From the NCBI RefSeq assembly GCF_964355755.1, contig NC_092677.1, forward strand, positions 23,051,175-23,115,174: 64,000 bases of DNA. Reading direction: 5' to 3'. The notes under the pieces are model-generated. The model saw only the letters and a program-made list of their open reading frames with translations. It was not told the origin of the DNA and did no database searches. Source of the stretch: Antedon mediterranea (lineage: Eukaryota > Animalia > Echinodermata). The number at the start of each line of letters is the position of its first letter. The first letter of the stretch is position 1. This document shows, in pieces, positions 52,843 through 64,000 of the stretch. A program made the translations under genes and the position numbers.

Positions 52843-55800
52843 TTATGTGAACAAACGTACAGTTCCATCAGCACCTGCACTAAACACCCATGGTTGATTT
52901 GGGTGAAATTGACAATCCAGAACTCCTAGACTATTGGTTATCTCATGCCCTCGTAGGATCTTCACTGGTACTATCAATGGATTTTGTAGTAAATCACTAA
53001 AAAAAAAAAATCATTATTTTAAGTTGAAGTTCTTTGCATATGGTTGCATGGTTGGCTACATTTCGAGGAAATGGACACCATGCTGGTAGACCACACCAAA
53101 TATTGACGATTGCATAGAAACATTACTGTACATGCCAGCTTCACAAGCTGTTCCCTCTGCTATATTCCATATTTATTCAAATAAATGCCCCGCCACATAT
53201 ATATACACACTATTGTATTACAACACATTTCTATTTGTAGTAGAATTCATTGATTGATATGATTTACAATTTACCAAGCATTTTGATACAATTTCTACTC
53301 AATCACAATCATATTAGTTGTGTTTAATTTTTTCTATCTAGGGTTTTTATTTATTTGATTATACATGTTACCACATCTAAAAACCCTCCTGAACAATAAA
53401 CACTCAGGGCGCTTATTCAAATAAATACCGATTATATCATTTTTAGATTGCATATTACAAGTATGTATGGTTTTTCATAAGTATGTTACATTCATGGAAA
53501 GTAACGAAGAATCAGATTTCAATTGAATAAAATTGCATAGTGTTAATGAAGATCCACTAAATAAATTAAGATAAAAAAATACAAGAGTAACTAAAAATAA
53601 AGAGCTTCATTTTTTGACGTTTTATTTGATCCTTTTTAAAATGAAATAAATTTTTTCCATACACAGTGTTATATATTGTGCTCTGGGAATGAATGATAAC
53701 ACTAAGTATTTCACTAAGAAATCAGACCATGTGCTAATGTTCAGCCATCTTGTAGAACTCTTTTATTAGTCTCCAATCCAGTCGTTAAATTGCTAATATG
53801 AATATATTACACACAGTTCCATATTTACAAACATAATATGGAAAAGGATAAGGATGGAGTACGAAACGGAAGAATCAAAAAGAATACTTACTTATAGACC
53901 ATTCCATGGCAAACAATGACTGTACCATCATCGGATGCTGAAGCAAATAATGGGTAGCGCTTATGGTAGTTCACTTGGCGTACTGCCCTCTTGTGGTGCC
54001 GTAATGTCTGGTAAGGTTTTGTTGACAGGTCGAGATCAAACCAGCTAAGTTTACTATCATAACTACCAATAATAACATTATCTCCCTGGGGGTGTATGCT
54101 TATACTTGACACCCATTTAGCATTGCTTAAAAGCTTTTTCGTCTGTTCTTGCTTCAGAAGATTGTACACACGCACGTAACGTTGACTCTGAAAATAATCA
54201 AACGTGAGAAAAATCATTAAAAAAAAACGTTTTAAAATGCTCATTGATTGTTTAATTATGAATTTACAATACAAGTACCTCATTTCTAAAAAAAACACAA
54301 AATCCTAAAGCAAGGTATTGTGAGGCTGTTCAATGGAACAAAATGAACTGCAAGATCATTTAACATTCCCATAAAAAATAAAAGATCCATACTAACAACT
54401 TGGCATTTACTGGAAAGATAGAAGGAAGAAGGTGCAGGGGAAAACATGATCGCAAAAGTCTCATGATATGGCACTTCAAAATAGAGTAGTAACTGGTTAA
54501 ACAATAACATAGGTCTAGCCAGCGGCAGTAGCTATTTTCATGCCAGAAAAGTTATTTTTCATCTTTCCTATATTAAACAATGTGGTTATGGAATTCCACA
54601 TTTTGGTACGGAATTACAGTTTTCAAACGTCAATAAAATAAAAGTATATAAAAAAAAATAACAAAAATATACTGATACATGTACGTATACTGATACACAT
54701 GTACATATACTGATACACATGTACATATACTGTACACATGTACATATACTGTACACATGTACATATACTGTACACATGTACATATACTGTACACATGTAC
54801 ATATACTGTACACATGTACATATACAGTACACATGTACATATACAGTACACATGTACATATACTGTACACATGTACATATACTGTACTGTACACATTTAC
54901 ATATACAGTACTGTACACATGTACATATACTGTACACATGTACATACTGTACATATACTGTACACATGTACATACTGTACACATGTACATATACAGTACT
55001 GTACACATTTATATATACAGTACACATGTACATACTGTACACATGTACATATACAGTACTGTACACATTTATATATACAGTACACATGTACATATACTGT
55101 ACACATGCTTGATTTCCATTGGTACTGATATTTTACATATAAGATATATATTTTTTTTAAATTGTGATTTTTTCTTGTTTTGTGTTTATTAAAAATGTAT
55201 TAACTTGTAATATCACAAATTTTAACTAAACTATTTATGTTTGGAACTTGAAAATCCAAGGGGGTGCAGTATTGGGTGATTTGAATGTATTAGTTTTTGT
55301 ATTTTGTTAATGAAAATTATCCTAAATTTGCTTTAAAATGACTGTAAAACATTTTAATATTAGAGTTAGCCTGTCAAAATTGTAAATGAGGGTCATAACT
55401 AAAATTCATCAGTCATGACAATAATACAGTATCAAAACACTTACAGCAACAAAAAGAAAGGGCCTTGATGGATGGAACATCACTGCTTGTATCTGTCCTT
55501 TGCTCTTGTTAAAAGGATTTTGTGACCTCCGCTTAGACAGCTGATGTATAAGTACACTTGAATGGCCGCCCTCTGGAATAACAGTCGTAAAGTAATCGCC
55601 CTTTCCATGCCATGATACACGTTTTACTGCCTGTAAACATAATACAAAAAAAAAACTTTGCCAGTCAATTAAAAAGTAAAAATTTAAACCAAATAACTCT
55701 AAGTCAATCATAGTCTTTTTAATTAATATTATATATATATATAAAATATTGTTTTTGTAACATTTATTATGTTAATGCAATACTTTGTAATGTTTATATT

Positions 55801-58800
55801 TTTTATTTTAGATTATAAAAGGATCCCAATGGAAATAACCTAATAAGCTTTTTGGGCTATCCTGGAAAATCTTTTATAAATGTATTTAATTGTAATGTCA
55901 GTGATTTATGTTATCAATTTGTATGTATTTTTTATGATTATTTTCCTAACAAATTCAAATCAAATCAATATAAAAATAATTGGCCTGGTATATGACTTTC
56001 AACTTTATATAGACATTTTTTGTGTTTATGCCAACGGTTTAATGTTTTTACTGTTTATCTGTAGCATTTTGTCCAGAATAAAAATCAAACCTCAACACAT
56101 GCTTAATAATTCAATGCTAATAATTTAAAGTTTGAATATTGTAATTAATGTTTTTGTTTAGTAATTTTGTTGTTCTGTATTAACTGTAGGGTTGTAATAA
56201 GTCTTACTACAACCTTTAAGTAAGGAGATCCAAGCTTTACTGAAAATATAATAATTATTATAACCATAACTTACAATGACTTATTAATACAATAGCATTA
56301 CCTTAAAAACCTTAAGTATGATTCTAATACCATTGTTGTGTTCGTCATCATTTGCAACGGTCCATTCCACCAAGCTCGACGTCTTGTGTTCCTCTGGCTT
56401 TACATACGATTCCAGAAGTTTATCAGTACTAGATGATATAAGTTTATCACCTAAGTTAGCGTTGATCAGATGAACATCTCTACCAACAGCAACTAAGAGC
56501 AGACTAATGGAAGGGTTAGGACACCATGCAACTGATTCAACTACACCTGCCATCTGGATCACTTGCATACATCGACCTGTGCACACCTCCCATAACCTCA
56601 ATGTCTTGTCATCAGATCCTGCAAGAGAGGGTAATAACACCATGTAATACTAATATTTTTTTAAGGTGGTCCATCCTGCCAAAGCTGATCATTAAAATAT
56701 AGTTTATATATAATAAATTAAATAATGAATACAAAATATAAATCTTAAATTTTGTTTGGATTAAATTTGATTTGGCTAACGCTGCGAGTCTATTTATCTA
56801 GTGATGACCAATCACTTTAAATAAAAGAAGCTTTCATCCTACAGTAGAGAAAAAAAGATTTTATTCTTATTCTTCAAAGAAAGTAATACTTTCACAAATT
56901 AAATGACGGCATAATAAATAAGAACAATAAAATTCATACAATGTTATTGTTCTTAATGATTATGACGTCATATGATTGTTCCTTATCACCCTACAGTACA
57001 GTAGTATAAACAGGCCTTAAGTCGTCCTCCAGAAAGGCGTTGTATAGTAGATTTCAAATTTACTTTATTTTCTTTTTAGGATTACATGGTGTACCGCAAA
57101 TCGTATTTATTAATACCAAGTTCCAAAAAATTATAATATTAACAATGAATCTATTATATTAATTTTAATTCAAAGAAATGAGGGCTAAAGGTAGCAACTT
57201 CAACAGATATAATTTAGGTTACCTGATGCTAGCCATTGACCTGATGGGTCAACACTTATTGTTCTCACATAGCTCTCATGTCCAAGGTAAACCACTGCTT
57301 GAACTGTTGGAAATGGTTGTAGGTCTCTGGGTTTAGGAAGCTTGGGAAGAAGGTCTTCTGCATCCACTTGTACCTGCACAATACAAAGTGTACTACACAT
57401 TAATATAGGATCTCAATGCTACAGTACATGTGCACTACCGTTTGAATGAGTACAAGTATGGACCTTTAGATCATGTAAATGTGGACGTGACCTGTGATAC
57501 ATTCACTACTCTCGTTAAAAACTTTTAGATTTCAGCCAGACATCAACTAGATAACAAAGAATGGCAGAGTTTGAGGTGTATGTCAAATCCAGTCACCTAA
57601 CCCTCAAGGCGGCCAGTGAACAAGAAAGACGACCTGACCTGACCACAACGTCATGTCAAAGATGACACAGTCGACAAACAAATCTAAAAGTACCTATTTA
57701 TAAAGATGCTGTACTGCATAATATAGAATAAATATAAAAGGAGATAAGTATTAAATCACAAAATTATGGTGTTCAATATTTTGTGAGTAATTAGAAATAC
57801 CGTATTGAATGCATGATTAAATACTCCATTAGACATATGAGAGTGCATTTTAAGTAAAACATATCTTTTTATTAATTTCTGTTCGTATCTACTCTTTGTT
57901 TCAATTGTACATGTAATTTCCATTATGTTGGATAATAAAAGGAATCTGTATCCGTATCAATTGCTAATAATCTTGTTTTCTATTATCAATAACTGTAGTT
58001 TCAAATTAAAGTGATATCATTAACTTAATTGGTTTTTCCTTTCTGTACAAAGTTTATATGTAGGTTTTGCTTCATTTTCATAAATATTTTAATTCATTTA
58101 CAAGAAAAATGTATAACTTGTATAATATATAAAAAGAAAAAATATTAAAAAAGTATAAAGTAACTTATAAATACAGACTATTAATTATTCAATATTGGTC
58201 ATTATATTATTAAATTCAAGTATATCCAATACATGAGCAGTATCATGTATAGCGACTTTAAATAGCCTGCAGTATTGTGTCTCCTAACAGCAATCTTCAT
58301 ACCATATGGGATACTATAGTATAGTGAGAGATTATTTAGGGGTTATTAAATGCTATGGTACGGGCCTGTAGCTGCCAGAAAACACGATTCCAACCATTGG
58401 CTGGAAGTGTTATTTGACACAGCCTGTTACAAACTCATCAGACTATACACTGGGTCCTCTGGAAGAAAAATCTTTGACTGAAGAGGCTACCCAGTATAAA
58501 GAATAAATAATAGTTATTTTTACCCTCATTCTCCTCTGTCTTGGACACAAGTAGAGATCTAAACATCGTTCAAACCTTTCTTTCATATAATTCTCATAAC
58601 CTGGCACTCTCCGTAAACAATCAAATTTTTTGGGCAAGAAGTCTGTTTGTCTATCTTCAGGGTGAGCCTCATTCCATGCTAGTGCCTGTAATCGTAAACA
58701 TTTACATTTGAAAAACTTATGTGGTCTACATATATATATATTCATTCAATCAATCATACAAAAAATATACATTGCAGCATAAAACACTGAATTGCAGTAT

Positions 58801-61800
58801 TTGTTTGTACAAAAATAATTGATATATGCAAATTACACACATGAATACAAAGAACAAACACAATAAAAAAAAGAGCAAACACTACAGACTCAAAATGTTT
58901 CAAATACAGTATATATATACTGAATGTTTTGTTGAATAATGGGAGCATGTAGAACACTGTCCTTGAGACACTCTTATTCAGAGGATACTTTGTTAAGGGG
59001 CATTGTTATGTAATACGCAACAAGGGAAAAAAATGTTTATAGCATTACGGCCAACCCCCTTGTTGGGTTCTAGGTGCTACAATTTATACCTTATCTCCAA
59101 ATAATTTACTTTTTTTGGTGGTAAAATACATCTCCTTTATGGGTCAAAAGTTTTTTAATTATCAATTAATTAATTTTAATACAACACATATTAACAAACT
59201 ACATTTACTACTTTCTTTTATAATTAATATCTGTATACAACATACAGTGAGAGATATATAATTGTTAGAGAGTGAACTAGACAAGGGAATTAAAACTATC
59301 AGCTGTATCTATTAGTATTAAAACAATATTACGGTAATATAGTTGAATATGTTTTAATACACTACAAATTGGCATATCTGATGGGCCAATTGTTGCAGCC
59401 AAATTTAGTGGTCCCTCTCAATGCTGAATCAGTTTTTGAACTCTAGTTAATTGTGTAATATAAAATTAGAACATACCTCTTCCTCTGTTGGTAGATATTC
59501 TGGTGGAGGGTTGTAGGATTCATTGTGACCAGGTAGTTTCTCTTGTGGGGCTGCAATGTGTGCTTTACTTTTCTTTGTTAATTCAACTGTTTCATTCTGC
59601 CACATGTCATAGAATGGATTCTTATCATCTGTAGTCTTTTTCTTCTGTTTTAGCCAACCCATCTTGATTGCATGTACCAATCGACTAACCTAAATCAGGT
59701 TTTAAGTTTATATCAATAACCTTAATGTTTAAATAAGTTATATATTTGCAGAGTGTCCCATGCTCTTTTTTTCTCTTTTGTGGTTAACCACCACCTTTAT
59801 TCATTCAACCTTTCATACATATTATATTCACATTTCATTTTTTTAGGTTAAATTTCTTTTTCTGATTTGAACACTTTTAACCTCTATACATAGTGTCCCA
59901 TCATACTCTTTACGCAAATTAATGAAGTCTGCCATTATATAAAAATAAACCTTTTTCCATTTCTCGACTACTACCAAAAAAAACTTAACCAACTTGGTGT
60001 CTAGACACATGTTTTCACGATCAAAAATCATTTGAAGGTTTGTTTGGTGATCACTGTGTCACTTATTAATTCTATGAAAAAAATCAACTCTACTCATAAC
60101 AACGATAACTTTCCAAAATCAAGTTGATTTTTTTTTATAATGGTGGCAATAATTGGGAGAAAATCAACATCAGTCAGAAGCTAAATAGAATAAAGTGTTT
60201 CTTAATGAACACAAAACATTGCTTACTTTTTGTTTTTCTACTAGAGATGGGATGAAACTTCGTTTATGCTCTGGTCGCCTAGTAACAGGATGTATCATTT
60301 TTTCATGTGTAAAGAAATCAATGTACTCTTCATATGGATTAACTTGACCTGGGAATTTATTTGTTTGTATCTTGCTGATAATGTCCAAGTGCTCCTCATC
60401 TAGAACGATATTTTCACCGGTCTTCTCATTGAAAACAGTTCGCCTACAAATGATAAAATAAGGTCATATTTAACAAAAAAAATTATAAAAAACAAGAAAA
60501 CTTTCAATATATTGATAAAATGTTTTACTTTAAAGAAGAGAAGAGATAGAAGAATTTCCCTGTTTAATACAGTATGTGGCAGTGCGATGGTGTTTATGCC
60601 GTTTGCTACACACCACAAGATAGGCTAGTCGAACATTATTTTAGCGAGCAATCCTGCCACGGCATCACGTGTGTCGATCGCTGTGAGGATGAATGTTATC
60701 ATTGTTTTGAGCGATGCAGCGCAGGCCAAGCTAGCATTTTCGGTCGGCTGTAATTTATTTTAATGTTTTAATTACACCTGAACAAAAAATATAAATAATC
60801 GGTTTCGTAAATGTTTCAAAGAATACACAATTAGAAGTTTATCGTAACTATTTTATTTTCATTTTTTTCATATTTAGGCTAGGCCTGGCTAAGTCCACAG
60901 TGCCATGAGCAATGATCTTTACAATATACATAATTTGAAAATATATTATTAGGGCTAACAATATGTCTTACCAGTAATCTGGGTTGTCCACTTTTTCCAA
61001 GAACTTCTCCAGTTCATCTTGTTTTATAGGTTTTGTAATCTTTTTACCAGCAACATCATATCCTAGATGAGCTAAATCTTCATACCATTGAATTGGAACG
61101 TTACCAATTGTATTACGGATGTCCTAAATTAAATTATTAAAAATTATAAATGATGCAATAATTTTAAATATCTAAAAAATAAAATATAAACTATGCCGAT
61201 ATAACCATCGGCATAGTCAACTTTGTCCATAAAAATAATAAATTACTGTACATGTATGATTCATTGTGCACATGTATAACTAAATGCACGACTGACTGTG
61301 GCACCGACGAAGCAATAACTTAAAAAAACTAAAAAAGTGTTGATAGCTTTAAAAGCACAATCAACATTGTCAATTGATAATAGATTGACTGTACATGTAC
61401 TGTATGTTGCCTAATGTGTGTACTGTATTGGTGCCTATTATGTATACTAAATGCTGACTGTGTCGATAGTTTTATCCACTTAAAACACTCACTTCTTCAT
61501 CTGATGAATCAAATTCATACTCATCAGGTCTGTTTTCTTCTTCATCTTCCAGATCACTTTCATCCTGTAAGTATACAAATCAATTTTGTGAAATTAATTC
61601 ACTTGACACTTTATTTTAATTTAAGTTTTGAAGGTAATTATATCCAGAGATTTTACATGTAGATATAGTTATAGTTAGTGGTCAATTTACCAAATTAAGT
61701 GCCTATAATATACGGTTTTCCAAATGTTGATGTTCACCCTAAAAATGTTGGTACTTTACTAGTTACATACTGTATTGTATAATTATTTATTTATCAATCT

Positions 61801-63342
61801 TGTATGTGCGAGTTTGATTGCTGTAGAAAAAAAAATGTCACAAGTTTTCACTAAATAGAGCTACCAAATTTGCTTAGATAATAGCAGGAACAAATAGAGT
61901 GTCCTCCAGTGTGGGAGATTGCTGAGATTTCCCAAAGCCAGATGCGTGAGACTTGACGTGTATGCAAGAAGTCAGGATAGACAGTATTTATTCTTGCAAA
62001 CTTTACTATGTTGCACCATATTTTTAAGACAATTTAAAGCATAAAAATAATATTATATTTATGCTACTATAAATTTGTAAACATTTTGCATGGGTCGAAC
62101 CTCTTGTTACGAGAGTGTTCTTCCATTTTAAAGGAGAGTAACCAATAAATATTATTATTATCATGTTTGTTTTTTCTTTGAAATAAATGAATGTCATTTC
62201 AATCCTACTGTATTCTGTATGTGGTCTTCATCTTCACTTTCATCTGACGAGGCATCCTCATTCTCATCATTAGTTATTTCAATCTTTCGTGCAAACAAAT
62301 CCTCCTTTTTTAGATAATGAAAATAAAGTACAGTTCACATTTAGTTAAAGATTAGCATAATCAATAAATAGAAATTTGTACTACAGCATTTAGAGTATCT
62401 ATGGTGTACAAGTAATAGGCCTAGCTTCGAATCGTACTGTATGCTGTGTATATCATTCATAGGCTTAAGATCCGGCCTGTTTACAGTACATGACTCGGCT
62501 CACAATAAACAACCACAATAAATACAGAAAACACAAGTTTTTAAGTTTAATTAATAATCAAATGATGTCATCATCAGTAAATAAGTTTATCATAATATTA
62601 TTGTATCGAACAATTGATCTTGGCCCATATACCCCTCTTAAGCCTATTTTTAAAAGTTTCGCAGAGAAAAAATGAACTAGAAAAAAGAAAAAACGCTACC
62701 CTTTCCACACAAGAGCGAATAGCTGCGATTTTTATGTTCATCACATGTCGGCTGAGCTTTTTGATTCGCATTACGAGAGCTCATAAACGCGGCATAGGCC
62801 ATAGCTAATTTCCTGAGCTCACTCAGATTGTTTGTGCAATGTTTCGCTTCGCAAAAAAGGAGAAACAATACGAACTACCAATTTCGCTGAATGAAGCGAA
62901 AAACTCAAGAATGAATTAGAATTTGTTGCAGGAGAGCGATTTGGAAGACGGTGCCAAATGAATACGCTTAGCATACGAAGATCACACGCGAGTCCCTCGC
63001 TCGGACTGGGCGACTCGATTGAACACAGTCTAGCTAGGCCTAGTAGAGTAGGGCTCTAGCTAGGCCTATAGTAGGCTAGGCCTATAGTAGGCTAGGCCTA
63101 TAGTAGCCTAGGCCTATAGTAGCCTAGGCCTATAGTAGCCTAGGCCTAGAGATCACTATTTAGGTCAGCCAACTAAATTTGGGTACGGTACGGGTGGTCT
63201 AAATTCAAGTCGTTAGGTGAAACATCCCCTTTCAATATAGCGAAAAGCAAATAATAAGAATTAATATGCTGGAATCCAATATGCTTACTTCGTCGCTTAA
63301 ATTAGAATCATTAGCTGATAAGGCTTCTTTTCGTTTCGGCAT
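52843..63342 (-). CDS. BOP1: Ribosome biogenesis protein BOP1/Erb1 (PeBoW complex; BOP1NT + WD40), complete
   Basis: 12 GT-AG exons, 2070 nt (689 aa): 63342-63289 (ATG, MPKRKE), 62304-62209, 61564-61493, 61123-60972, 60443-60227, 59689-59477, 58685-58524, 57373-57223, 56618-56302, 55630-55445, 54187-53892, 52996-52843 (TAA). Diagnostic peptides [93 protein letters not shown]. Confidence 0.96.
54668..55107. repeat. ~19-bp quasi-palindromic minisatellite in a BOP1 intron
   Basis: Unit TACTGTACACATGTACATA and variants, ~20 copies. Confidence 0.95.
63058..63149. repeat. 16-bp tandem repeat in BOP1 intron 1
   Basis: Unit TAGGCCTATAGTAG(G/C)C, >5 copies. Confidence 0.9.
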
Positions 63343-63848
63343 TTTCCTTCGTAAAACTGTACAGCAATCTCACAAAATGTGCACAGTTAACACACACATG
63401 TCATGTACCACCACATGTTTGTTTTTAAATGCCGAAGGAGCCCGCCCTCTTTCGGTCAGTTTAATACATCCGCCGAACAAACGAGAATCGATCACGGAGA
63501 AATCAATCAATCAATCAAAAATCAATCAAAAAATCTCCCTGAATTAAAGACAGCAGTATTAAAATTTTTATGTTGGGCAGATATTGCAATTTTAAGGGTA
63601 ATAACAACGTCCGAGGCAACGAGGCATGCGAGGCATCTTTTACGATAAACACAAATTGAAAGGCATATTCTATCATTTCCCAAAAGTGCGAGGCAGGAAG
63701 TCAACGAAATTGATTAAATTCACATTAAAACTGTTGCTGTGTGTCACCGTAAAGAAGGAAAGACATTACAAGCAGCAGTATAACACATTGGCACACAAAA
63801 TTAATAAATGGAACACTTTTTTTATAATGGTATAATCCACACAAGTAG

Positions 63849-63925
63849 ACTCACACAGGAGACACCATTCGAATGTGAACATTGCGGGAAGAAATTTAAA
63901 CAAAGAGGAGGGTTAAAAATACTTA
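63849..63925 (+). pseudogene. C2H2 zinc-finger remnant
   Basis: THTG then (frameshift) ETPFECEHCGKKFKQRGGLK; the His pair is lost. Confidence 0.55.
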
Positions 63926-64000
63926 TTCCCTCAACCTTAATGTTACATACAAAACACAATGGGTTTGTTAAATGAGTCCAAAAATTTGGTTTGTCTTTCG

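Noticed and set aside
54586-55192. Cluster of long Cys/Tyr/His-rich ORFs in all six frames
   Set aside because: Artefact of a stop-poor 19-bp minisatellite inside a BOP1 intron.
61191-61217. 10-bp hairpin CTATGCCGAT/ATCGGCATAG in a BOP1 intron
   Set aside because: Isolated short stem, with no snoRNA boxes or element boundaries that I could support.

Overview
AT-rich, intron-rich animal genomic DNA (invertebrate; a Deu/Nin-type SINE and abundant TAGGCCTA motifs suggest a marine deuterostome such as an echinoderm, which is inference only). Two convergent housekeeping genes were reconstructed by hand with GT-AG introns and consistent phases. The first is rotatin (RTTN, + strand, 37 exons, 277-48730, ~1900 codons, 5' end outside the window). 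The second is the complete BOP1 (- strand, 12 exons, 63342-52843, 689 aa). The most unusual feature is in four large RTTN introns (9143-18830, 20436-27295, 27988-35667, 38547-40508). They are patchworks of short, mostly end-less coding fragments from many unrelated transposon classes: KolobokP transposase and its P2X7-ballast-like partner, BEL/Pao, Gypsy, DIRS, pogo, piggyBac, Harbinger Myb and LINEs. They also contain a HECT-ligase remnant, a Roc-type GTPase exon and unidentified ORFs. Almost all fragments are antisense to RTTN, and there are internal duplications with microhomology junctions, an arrangement resembling a uni-strand piRNA cluster. Also present: a solo LTR with TSD, TA-, TTA- and TTAA-type MITEs, SINEs, minisatellites, and a 2.8-kb intergenic element with a 5-bp TSD carrying an orphan reading frame. 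All family assignments come from motif recognition by eye; no database searches were run.
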